This document shows, one piece after another, positions 56,073 through 64,000 of a stretch of DNA of 64,000 bases. Source of the stretch: Alphaproteobacteria bacterium (GTDB taxonomy: Bacteria; Pseudomonadota; Alphaproteobacteria; Caulobacterales; Hyphomonadaceae); NCBI GenBank assembly GCA_009909065.1, contig JAAANZ010000023.1, positions 210 through 64,209 of the forward strand. Reading direction: 5' to 3'. Position 1 is the first letter of the stretch. Each line of letters begins with the position of its first letter. A program made the translations under genes and the position numbers. A model generated the notes under the pieces. The model searched no databases. It was given only the letters and a program-made list of their open reading frames with translations, and was not told where the DNA came from.

Positions 56073-57436
56073 ATCGCCTCCGGCAGGAGATGGGCTTCGA
56101 CATGCGCGCCATTGCCTTCACGGCCGAATACCGTGCGCAGCGCGGCGAGGGCTTCATCCGCGCTCACGGCGCGAACGCGATCCGGATAAGCGGCGATATC
56201 CTCGATTGTCAGCCCGATGGAAAGCGCGCGGCCATAGCGGTTGGCCATGCCCGACTGGCTGTCGCGCGCATAGATGGCCTGGGCTGCCAGTGAATTGCGC
56301 GCCCGTTTGACATCGTCTTCCGGAAGGCCCTCCTCCAGGATACGCGCGACTTCGGCCATGAATGCCGTCTCCAGTTCATCGAGCGAGACACCTTCGGCCG
56401 GCGTAGCCGAAAACCCGGCCGGGGCGGTGTCATGCAGGCTGAGCCAGGCCCAGGAGGAGGCCGCAATCGCCACTTTCTGCTCCTCGACCAGGGATTGGTA
56501 GAGCAGGCTGGTCTGCCCGCCGCCCAGCACTTCGGTGCCCACGGCGAGGGCATAGGCCAGGTCGCTGTCCTGACGGAAGGAGGTCGATAAATAGTAGCGG
56601 TCCCATTCGGGCTGGCGCACTTTCGGGTCCGAGTGGGTCAGGGTCTGGCTCGTTTCCAGCGGAGCCACTTCGCGCCAGCCGCGCGCGGGGCGTTTCTCGG
56701 CCGGCTCCAGTTCGCCATAAATCCGTTCGGCCAGCGGGCGCACTTCCGCGGCGGTCACGTCGCCGGCAATCACCAGTATGGCGGCATCGGGCGCATACCA
56801 GGTCTCGTAGAATTCGATGCCGTCCTGAGGTGTCAGCGCGGCCACCTCGTCCATGTGCCCGATAACCGGGATGCCATAGGGGTGATCGGGATAGAGCGCG
56901 GCCATGACCTTTTCGAAGAGGATGGCGCCGGGATTGTTCTCGACCCGTTGGCGGCGTTCTTCCTTGACCACGTCACGTTCGGTGATGAACGGGCCTTCAG
57001 GGTCGTCATTGACAAGCAGGTCGCGCATCCGCTCGGCTTCCAGCTCCATTACGAGTTCCAGCCGGTCGCGCGCCACGCGCTCATAATAGGCGGTATAATC
57101 CCAGGACGTGAAAGCGTTGAGCTGGCCGCCATTGCGCTGGACGATCGAGGTGAATTCCTCCGGCCCCAGATCGTCGGTCTCCTGGAACATGACATGCTCG
57201 AAGAGATGGGCGATGCCGGATTTCCCGGGCGCCTCGTCGACCGCGCCGACCTTGTACCAGACCATGTGCGTGACCACCGGGGCGCGGTGGTCGGGCAGGA
57301 CCACGACCTCCATGCCATTGTCGAGGGTGAAGGTTTCCGGCGCCCAGCCGGTTTCGCCGGTGTCGGCCAGGGTCGCTGGGGCGAGTATCGCAGCCGCCAG
57401 TGCCGCCAATAGGTATCTGAGCTTCGCCAAGGTCAA
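56069..57436 (-). CDS. M16-family zinc peptidase (catalytic subunit)
   Basis: An inverted zinc motif, HLFEHVMF (HxxEH), is present, with a downstream Glu region (NAFTSWDYTAYY). It has a signal peptide. Confidence 0.9.
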   Translation of the reverse strand: MTLAKLRYLLAALAAAILAPATLADTGETGWAPETFTLDNGMEVVVLPDHRAPVVTHMVWYKVGAVDEAPGKSGIAHLFEHVMFQETDDLGPEEFTSIVQRNGGQLNAFTSWDYTAYYERVARDRLELVMELEAERMRDLLVNDDPEGPFITERDVVKEERRQRVENNPGAILFEKVMAALYPDHPYGIPVIGHMDEVAALTPQDGIEFYETWYAPDAAILVIAGDVTAAEVRPLAERIYGELEPAEKRPARGWREVAPLETSQTLTHSDPKVRQPEWDRYYLSTSFRQDSDLAYALAVGTEVLGGGQTSLLYQSLVEEQKVAIAASSWAWLSLHDTAPAGFSATPAEGVSLDELETAFMAEVARILEEGLPEDDVKRARNSLAAQAIYARDSQSGMANRYGRALSIGLTIEDIAAYPDRVRAVSADEALAALRTVFGREGNGAHVEAHLLPEAM

Positions 57437-57471
57437 TTCCTCTAAAAGGGCTCGCCGCGCGGAGCGAGGTG

Positions 57472-57969
57472 TCAGGTGCCGGGCAACTTGATCGCGCTGC
57501 CGCTTGCCGGCTCGATCTCCACGCGCTCACCTCCGGTCGCGCTGTCGCTTTCGGCGGCCGCGCGCTCTTCCTCGCTGCCCCGCCAGAACAGGACACGGTC
57601 GGCGAAACTGTCGGACTTGCGGATCATTCCGGCTTCTTCATAGTCGATCTGCGCCCGGATGACGGGGCTGACCGCATTCGCATCGGCAGCGGCCACGAGC
57701 GCGCGCTCGGCTGCAGAGGCATCGGCGCCCACGGTTGAGCCGAATGCCGTGACCTGGGCGCGTGTCTCGTCGACCTCGGCGGGCTGGGCCACGCCGGCGC
57801 GAGGCGGGCGCAGCGAATAATTCGGCGGCACCGTCAGCGGTGCTTTCTTCACGACGCGGAATTCATCCTGCTGGGCATCGTTCACGCCCGGATCGCGCGG
57901 GCCGCTGGCGCAGGCGCTTGTCAGAACCAGCGCGCATGTGGCGGAGAAGAATATCAGGGATCGCTTCAT
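57472..57969 (-). CDS. DUF3035-like small lipoprotein
   Basis: MKRSLIFFSATCALVLTSAC (lipobox), then DEFRVVKKAPLTVPPNYSLRPP, as in DUF3035 proteins commonly found next to lspA in alphaproteobacteria. Confidence 0.7.
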   Translation of the reverse strand: MKRSLIFFSATCALVLTSACASGPRDPGVNDAQQDEFRVVKKAPLTVPPNYSLRPPRAGVAQPAEVDETRAQVTAFGSTVGADASAAERALVAAADANAVSPVIRAQIDYEEAGMIRKSDSFADRVLFWRGSEEERAAAESDSATGGERVEIEPASGSAIKLPGT

Positions 57970-58014
57970 TGGGCTTACCTTGCCTTTGTCATGTCTGCAC
58001 GCCCGGGCTGCGGG

Positions 58015-58611
58015 TCAGTCCTGGGGCGCATCCTTTCGCGAGAGTAGAAACTGATCGAAAAACAGCAAGACCGCTCCGACAGTGATGGCCGCATCGGCGA
58101 CATTGAACACATAGGGGAAGAACAGTCCCGAGAAATCGAAAAAATCGACCACGGCGCCAAAACGCACCCGGTCGATGAGATTGCCGATGGCGCCCCCGAC
58201 GACGAGGGCCAGTGCCAGCGCTGTCAGCCATCGGCTCGCACGCAGGAGCCAGACGGCAAAACCGATGGCGATGGCCAGGGTCACCCCCACAAGCACCCAG
58301 CGCATGGCCCCTTCGGACTGGAACAGGCCATAGCTCATCCCGCGATTCCAGAGCATGGTCAGATCGAAAATGCCCGAAATCTCGATCTTTCCACACGGTG
58401 TCGTGCGCTCGAGACAGCCGAGCGCATTGAAGCGCGGCTCATTGAGGACCAGCCATTTCGCAAACTGATCCACAGCCACGATGAGCGGCACCAGCAGGCC
58501 CGCCAGCGCCGAGCGCGCGGCCAGGGAGGGCGCACCGGTGGCGCCGATCATTTGCTGCGAACGATCCGTCATTCCGGCAAAGCAAATCACCCGTCCGGGC
58601 GATCCGGTCAA
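58015..58611 (-). CDS. lspA: lipoprotein signal peptidase (signal peptidase II)
   Basis: DQFAKWLV, WNRGMSYGLF, GGAIGNLIDR, VVDFFDF and FNVADAAI are present. The true start may be an internal Met (58572 or 58551). Confidence 0.9.
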   Translation of the reverse strand: MTGSPGRVICFAGMTDRSQQMIGATGAPSLAARSALAGLLVPLIVAVDQFAKWLVLNEPRFNALGCLERTTPCGKIEISGIFDLTMLWNRGMSYGLFQSEGAMRWVLVGVTLAIAIGFAVWLLRASRWLTALALALVVGGAIGNLIDRVRFGAVVDFFDFSGLFFPYVFNVADAAITVGAVLLFFDQFLLSRKDAPQD

Positions 58612-58664
58612 GCCTTTCAGGTCAGGCCCTTGATCGCGGCGCGCGCCGGCGCGATCTGTCCGGA

Positions 58665-59951
58665 ATGAGCGCGCCCGCCGACAGTCCTGACAGAACGGCC
58701 CCTTCCGTCATCACCCTGGGATGCCGGCTGAACAGCTATGAGTCCGAAGTCATGCGCCGGCATGCCGGGGCGGCCGGGCTGGAGGATGCGGTGATCGTCA
58801 ATACCTGCGCGGTGACGCAGGAGGCGGTGCGTTCCTCGCGCCAGGCCATCCGCCGGGCGGCGAAAGCCCGTCCGGGCGCGCCCGTCATCGTTACCGGCTG
58901 CGCCGCGCAGATCGACCCGGCCGCCTTTGCCGAAATGCCGGAGGTCACCCGCGTTCTCGGCAATGCCGAAAAGATGCGCGCGGAAAGCTGGACACCGGCC
59001 GACCTGCTCGGCGGCGGGGAGAAGGTGCGCGTCAATGACATTATGTCCGTGCGCGAAACCGCCGGCCATCTCATTGACGGCATGGAGGAGCGCGCGCGCG
59101 CCTATGTGCAGGTTCAGCAGGGCTGTGACCATCGCTGCACCTTCTGCATCATACCCTATGGTCGCGGGAATTCGCGGTCCGTGCCGGCCGGCGAGGTGGT
59201 CGCGCAGGTGCGCGCACTTGCGCAAAGCGGCCATCATGAAGTGGTACTGACCGGCGTGGACCTGACAAGCTGGGGAAATGACCTGCCGGGTGCTCCCCCG
59301 CTCGGCAATCTGGTCCAACGGATCCTGAAACTCGTGCCGGAGCTTCCACAGCTGCGGATTTCCTCCATTGATGCGATCAAGATGGACGAGGCCCTGATCG
59401 AGGCCATGGCCGAACCGCGGCTGGCGCCCTTCATGCACCTGTCGCTGCAGCATGGGGATAATCTCATCCTGAAACGGATGAAACGCCGGCATTCGCGCGA
59501 GGAGGCCATCGCGCTCGCCAAGCGCCTGCGTGAGGTGCGCCCCGAGATTGCGCTTGGCGCCGATATCATTGCCGGCTTCCCGACCGAGAGCGACGCGCAT
59601 TTCGAGAACAGCCTGCGCCTGATCACCGATTGCGGGCTCGCCTTCACGCATGTCTTCCCCTACAGCCCGCGGCCCGGCACGCCGGCTGCACGCATGCCTC
59701 AGCTTGAAAGGGACGTCATCAAGTCTCGCGCTGCACGGTTGCGCGAGGCGGCCGCGCAAGCCCTGGGGCGCCATCTTGAGGCCCATGTCGGGCGGGAGGC
59801 TGACGCGCTGGTCGAGCGCGGCGAGGCCGCCCGTCTGCCTGATTTCACGCCGGTGCGCATTGAAGGTGACGGCCTGCCCCCGGCTGGACGGACCGCAAGG
59901 CTCGCGATAACCGGCCATGATGGCGAAAGACTTTTCGGGGTGCCCGCATGA
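58665..59951 (+). CDS. mtaB: tRNA t6A37 methylthiotransferase MtaB (radical SAM)
   Basis: N-terminal UPF0004 domain (TLGCRLNSYESE, VNTCAVT), radical-SAM CDHRCTFCIIP and a TRAM-like C-terminus. The absence of MiaB-specific features is my judgement only. Confidence 0.85.
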   Translation: MSAPADSPDRTAPSVITLGCRLNSYESEVMRRHAGAAGLEDAVIVNTCAVTQEAVRSSRQAIRRAAKARPGAPVIVTGCAAQIDPAAFAEMPEVTRVLGNAEKMRAESWTPADLLGGGEKVRVNDIMSVRETAGHLIDGMEERARAYVQVQQGCDHRCTFCIIPYGRGNSRSVPAGEVVAQVRALAQSGHHEVVLTGVDLTSWGNDLPGAPPLGNLVQRILKLVPELPQLRISSIDAIKMDEALIEAMAEPRLAPFMHLSLQHGDNLILKRMKRRHSREEAIALAKRLREVRPEIALGADIIAGFPTESDAHFENSLRLITDCGLAFTHVFPYSPRPGTPAARMPQLERDVIKSRAARLREAAAQALGRHLEAHVGREADALVERGEAARLPDFTPVRIEGDGLPPAGRTARLAITGHDGERLFGVPA

Positions 59952-61294
59952 TCCTCTGGTTCGGCAAGAAGAAGAAAAAGAAGGAACTGGAAGAGGCCGG
60001 CAAGGCGATCGAGGACGAGGAGGCGCGCGCCGCCGGGGCCGAAACGGGCGACGCTGAAGGGCCGGTCCCGGCCGAACCCGCACCCGATCAGCCGCCGCTG
60101 CCGTCCGATCGCCCCGGTGTCGAAACGGAAAGTGCCGCTTCGCCTGATTTCGGCCCAGCGTCGCCCGAAAGTGATCAGGCGCCCGGCCCCCTGCCGTCCG
60201 ATCGCCCGGGCCTGGAGACCGAGAGCGCCGCTGATGAGGCCTTTGACGCCGAACCGCCGGCGCCTGAACCTTCAGGCGCGTCTGAAACCGAAGCGGGCCC
60301 GGCGCCGGAACCGGACCCCGCGCCGGAGCCGGAACCGGAAACCCAGCCGGAGCCGGACGATCCGGTTGCCGAGACGAAGAAACCCGGTTTTCTGAGCCGG
60401 CTGACATCGGGTCTGTCGCGCTCTTCCTCCCGGCTCGCCGAAGGCATCACGGGCGTGTTCACCCGGCGCAAGCTCGATGACGAGACGCTGGAGGAACTGG
60501 AGGACCTGCTCATCGCCTCCGATCTCGGCGCGGGCGTGGCCGCCAGGGTCACGGCCAACCTGGCGAAAGACCGATTCGACAAGGAAGTCAGCGACGAGGA
60601 AATCAAGCTCGCCCTCGCCGAAGAGATCGCCGGGGTGCTGGCGCCACGCGAGCAACTGGTCGATTTCGCGGACGGCCCGCGTCCGCGCATCGTCCTGTTT
60701 GTCGGCGTCAACGGGTCCGGCAAGACAACCACGATCGGCAAGATCGCTTCCAAACTCAAGGCGCAGGGCGCGAAGGCACTGCTCGTTGCAGGCGACACAT
60801 TCCGCGCCGCCGCCATCGAACAACTCACCGTCTGGGGGGAGCGGGCCGGCATCCCCGTCCTGTCCCGGGACACGGGCGCGGATGCGGCCGGTCTCGTCTA
60901 TGAAGCCGTGGAGAAGGCCCGGGCGGAGAACCTGGATCTCGTCCTCGTGGACACGGCCGGGCGGCTCCAGAACAAGAGCGAGCTCATGGCCGAGCTTGCC
61001 AAGATCATCCGCGTGACGCGCAAACTTGACCCTACCGCACCGCATGATGTCATTCTCGTGCTCGACGCCACCGTCGGACAGAACGCGCTGAGCCAGGTCG
61101 AGGCTTTCCGCCACAGCGCGCAGGTGAGCGGCCTTGTCATGACCAAGCTTGACGGCACGGCCAAGGGCGGCGTGCTCGTGGCGATTGCCGACAAGCATGA
61201 CCTGCCGATCCATTTCGTCGGCGTCGGCGAAAGGGCCGAGGACCTGCATCCTTTCTCGGCGGATGCGTTCGCGCGGGCGCTGGTCGGGCTTTGA
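59948..61294 (+). CDS. ftsY: signal recognition particle receptor FtsY
   Basis: Acidic/Pro-rich N-terminal region, followed by an NG domain: LFVGVNGSGKTTTIGK, LVAGDTFRAAA, DTAGR and TKLDGTAKGG. Confidence 0.93.
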   Translation: MILWFGKKKKKKELEEAGKAIEDEEARAAGAETGDAEGPVPAEPAPDQPPLPSDRPGVETESAASPDFGPASPESDQAPGPLPSDRPGLETESAADEAFDAEPPAPEPSGASETEAGPAPEPDPAPEPEPETQPEPDDPVAETKKPGFLSRLTSGLSRSSSRLAEGITGVFTRRKLDDETLEELEDLLIASDLGAGVAARVTANLAKDRFDKEVSDEEIKLALAEEIAGVLAPREQLVDFADGPRPRIVLFVGVNGSGKTTTIGKIASKLKAQGAKALLVAGDTFRAAAIEQLTVWGERAGIPVLSRDTGADAAGLVYEAVEKARAENLDLVLVDTAGRLQNKSELMAELAKIIRVTRKLDPTAPHDVILVLDATVGQNALSQVEAFRHSAQVSGLVMTKLDGTAKGGVLVAIADKHDLPIHFVGVGERAEDLHPFSADAFARALVGL

Positions 61295-61296
61295 TT

Positions 61297-62121
61297 TCAG
61301 ACGGCCGGTTCGGCCGGTGAGAGACGCCCGCCAATGCGGATCGGCTCGACGCGCCTGGCAAGGCCCGTGGCATCATCGGTCTCGACGAACACGCCGGCCA
61401 GGGTTGCCTCGCCGAGCGCCGGCTCGTAGCGCTGGCCGGGAAGCTGTGTTTCGAACCGGTAGATGGAATTTTCTTTCCGCATGCCGATGACGCTGTCATA
61501 ATCGCCGCACATGCCGGCATCGCTCTGATACGCGGTGCCGTTTTCAAGGATCATCGTGTCGGCGGTCGGCACATGCGTGTGCGAGCCGACAACGAGGCTC
61601 GCCCGGCCGTCGCAGAAATGGCCCATGGCCATTTTCTCCGAGGTCGCCTCGCAATGCACATCGACAATCACCGCGTCGCTGACGCGCCGCAGCGGAAACT
61701 CCTCCAGCGCCGCCTCGGCATGGGCAAAGGGGCATTCAAGATTGTCGCGCATGAAGACATTGCCCTGAACCTGGACCACGCCGACCCGCCGTCGGTCTGC
61801 CAGTTCGAAAAGGTGGGCGCCATGGCCCGGCGCATTGGCGCGGGCCGGATAATTGCGCGGGCGAAGAATCCGCGGGTCACGATCGATATGGATGAGCATT
61901 TCGCGCTGGTCCCAGGCATGGTCGCCCAGGGTCAGGCAGTCGGCACCGGCGGTGAAGAAATCCTCGGCAATGGCCCCCGTCAGGCCGAATCCGCCGGCCG
62001 CATTCTCGGCATTGACAACAACAAAATCGAGGCAGAGCCGCGCTCTCAGGGCGGCAAGATGGTCCAGAACAGCCTTTCGGCCGGGTTTTCCGACCACATC
62101 GCCAAAGAATGCCAGTTTCAT
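61297..62121 (-). CDS. YmdB-like (TIGR00282-type) metallophosphoesterase
   Basis: MKLAFFGDVVGKPGR, VVVNAENAAGGFG, TLGDHAWD, DVHCEATSEK and GSHTHVPTAD are present. The track ORF to 62187 is over-extended. Confidence 0.88.
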   Translation of the reverse strand: MKLAFFGDVVGKPGRKAVLDHLAALRARLCLDFVVVNAENAAGGFGLTGAIAEDFFTAGADCLTLGDHAWDQREMLIHIDRDPRILRPRNYPARANAPGHGAHLFELADRRRVGVVQVQGNVFMRDNLECPFAHAEAALEEFPLRRVSDAVIVDVHCEATSEKMAMGHFCDGRASLVVGSHTHVPTADTMILENGTAYQSDAGMCGDYDSVIGMRKENSIYRFETQLPGQRYEPALGEATLAGVFVETDDATGLARRVEPIRIGGRLSPAEPAV

Positions 62122-62146
62122 GATAATGACTATGGGGCATCGCAAT

Positions 62147-62184
62147 TGAAAAGCAAAGCGCGCACCCGCCGGGCGGGTGCGCGC
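62147..62184 (-). terminator. Rho-independent terminator of the upstream lipoprotein gene
   Basis: On the minus strand, GCGCGCACCCG-cccgg-CGGGTGCGCGC (11-bp stem) is followed by TTTGCTTTTC. Confidence 0.7.
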
Positions 62185-62242
62185 CAATTTTCAGTTTCTT
62201 GTTCGGGGCCCCGAGTCTGGCGCATCTTCAAGTCAATCCCGG

Positions 62243-63961
62243 TCAGTGAAGATGCGCGAGTGTCTTGTCCTCGCGCATTTTCTTGACGCGAACCGGCGCC
62301 CACTTGGCTTGAAACGGCCCTAGTTCCTCGTGCCTGGCCGAGAAGCCGAGATAGGACTTGGTCAGCTGGCTGGGGTCTTCCATGGCGGCAATGCTCTCCA
62401 TCGACAGCGGCGCCTCCGGGTCCAGTGCCAGGGTCAGCGTGCCCGGCTCCTGGAGGAAGCCCTGGACCGCGGTCACCGCTTCATTGACGATTTCCATGTC
62501 GATCCCGCTTTCGGCAGCCATCATCGGGGCCATGGATGTCATCCCCACGACCTGGGTGCGCAGCTGTTCGGGGTCTTCGCCCGATTGCGCGGCGGCGAGA
62601 TTGAACAGCCGGTCAACGATGGAGTTGTCGGTCAGCTGCAGATTGAAGCCGTGCAGCTTGAGCTGGGAAATTGCCTGCTGCATCATCTGATCGTCAGGGG
62701 CCGAGCCGCTCATCATCTGCTCGAAATCCATGCCGGCAAAGGATTCGGCATAGGCGCTGTAACCTTCCAGCTTGCCGCCGAAACGCATCTCGAAACCATC
62801 GGTCAGCTTGAGGAAATTGCTTTTGGAGTCAAAGCTCATCGTATCGGTTTCCGGATCATAGTCGGTCACGCCCGCGCCGGAGAGTTCAAGCGACTCATAT
62901 CCGACCATGCCCAGACCGGCGGCCAGCTGGCTGCCAGGTTCGCCGCCCTCGGCATCGGCTTCCAGCGTCATTGTATAGGGCTGGGTAACATATTTGACCG
63001 GCTGGCCATCCGCGTTGCGCTCGACCGAGGTATTGAGACCGGGAAGGGCGAAACTGACCCCGCCGGCATCGAAGGCGAAATCGTCGATGACGACGCTGTC
63101 ATAGCCCGGGTCCAGCGGATTCTGATAGGCCGCCGACATCATCGCCGCGACCATTTCTTCCTCGTCGCCGGCATTGTTGCGCAGGGCATCGACAAAGCTC
63201 CTGTTCGCGCCGAGCAGGCTCATCGAGCCGAGATTCATGTTGAAAGGTGTGCCTTCGGCCGTGCCGTCCATGGTGATCCCGCTGATCGCCGCGACCGCCA
63301 CTTCATCATTGCCGACACCGCCAAGCTCGATCGATTCCAGCGCGAAATTCATCGCGCCCTCGTCACCTTCCTCGATCTGCATGTCGATGTCGGACAGGCT
63401 CCAGCGGTCGAACGAGAGGTCTTCGCCCGCCGGGAAGGGGCCGGGCTCGCCTTCGCCATTCAGGCTGGCGATCCAGGCCGCCAGCCCGGGCGAGGGATTG
63501 ATCAGTTCCATGCCGCCGATCCTGATCTCGCCCTGGGTCTCTTCGTCCTCGTCGGGCATGATCACGATGTCCGACAAGCTCAGCTTGGCAAAGCTTGCGC
63601 CCTCTTCTGTCATGTCGAGGCCGTCAAAGGCCATCTGGCCGATGGTGAAATTCGTGTCCTCCTCGGGGACCGAAAAATTCAGGCTGTCAAAGCTCGCCGC
63701 GGCCGCGTCCGAACTGCTGTCATCGAATTCGATACGCCCGGCGCCCGAGGCGTCCAGAGACATGGCCGCCAGGGCTTGAGCCGCTTCGGAGGCATCGCCT
63801 TCGCGCAGTGTGATATTGCCAAGATCGCTGATCGCGCTTTCCGCGCTCTTGACGGCGGCCTCGCCGGCGCCGGCGATTTCCTTGCTGACATCGCCATTGT
63901 CCGAACCTCCGCAAGCGGTGAGAAGGGCGATGGCGGCTGCGCCGAAAAACAGATGTTTCAT
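62243..63961 (-). CDS. hypothetical acidic lipoprotein
   Basis: MKHLFFGAAAIALLTACGG (lipobox), followed by about 550 aa of Asp/Glu/Gly/Ala-rich sequence with internally similar segments. The family is not recognised. The track ORF is extended to the window edge (64000) by a GTG artefact. Confidence 0.7.
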   Translation of the reverse strand: MKHLFFGAAAIALLTACGGSDNGDVSKEIAGAGEAAVKSAESAISDLGNITLREGDASEAAQALAAMSLDASGAGRIEFDDSSSDAAAASFDSLNFSVPEEDTNFTIGQMAFDGLDMTEEGASFAKLSLSDIVIMPDEDEETQGEIRIGGMELINPSPGLAAWIASLNGEGEPGPFPAGEDLSFDRWSLSDIDMQIEEGDEGAMNFALESIELGGVGNDEVAVAAISGITMDGTAEGTPFNMNLGSMSLLGANRSFVDALRNNAGDEEEMVAAMMSAAYQNPLDPGYDSVVIDDFAFDAGGVSFALPGLNTSVERNADGQPVKYVTQPYTMTLEADAEGGEPGSQLAAGLGMVGYESLELSGAGVTDYDPETDTMSFDSKSNFLKLTDGFEMRFGGKLEGYSAYAESFAGMDFEQMMSGSAPDDQMMQQAISQLKLHGFNLQLTDNSIVDRLFNLAAAQSGEDPEQLRTQVVGMTSMAPMMAAESGIDMEIVNEAVTAVQGFLQEPGTLTLALDPEAPLSMESIAAMEDPSQLTKSYLGFSARHEELGPFQAKWAPVRVKKMREDKTLAHLH

Positions 63962-64000
63962 TTCTAGATCCCCAGTTTCGTGGTGAAGTCCTACACTCAC

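Overview
High-GC chromosomal window, probably from an alphaproteobacterium. That guess rests on xerD-aroK-aroB synteny, a split metH, an ArsR-methyltransferase gene upstream of metF, and type-A RNase P RNA. The window is gene-dense, and many long ORFs in the track are GC-driven shadows of real genes on the other strand or frame. I can support about 50 protein genes, one tRNA-Ser(GGA) and RNase P RNA (rnpB). Three blocks stand out. (1) 1-17.3 kb is a phosphorus-scavenging region. It holds a PhoA-type alkaline phosphatase, a TonB-dependent receptor with a LamG/purple-acid-phosphatase-like esterase, a PhnZ-like HD oxygenase, a FAD amine oxidoreductase with PhnX, a HutC/PhnF-like GntR regulator, a PhoD-PA14 fusion and a DUF5690-like permease. 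It also carries a perfect Pho-box-like direct repeat and a recurring GGTC(C/T)AG(A/T)CC palindrome in the promoter regions. (2) 17.6-29.7 kb is the main candidate for an undescribed system. It holds four co-directional genes for Sec-signal proteins built from DUF11, Cna-B/SdrD-B-like and GEVED modules. One is a ~1690-aa protein with a large C-terminal beta-barrel-like region, and another is a 1558-aa multi-module adhesin-like protein. No chaperone, usher, sortase, TpsB or T1SS gene lies in the locus, so I read it as a possible new outer-membrane fibre/adhesin assembly locus. (3) 29.9-64 kb is housekeeping: xerD, aroKB, corC-like, bolA-like, rnpB, panD, an acyl-CoA dehydrogenase, YceI/cytochrome b561, tsaC, the split metH-metF operon, mlaA/mlaC, two M16 peptidases, lspA, mtaB and ftsY. 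No CRISPR array, transposase, phage integrase or recognisable defence system was seen. All family assignments come from motif recognition by eye; no database search was run.
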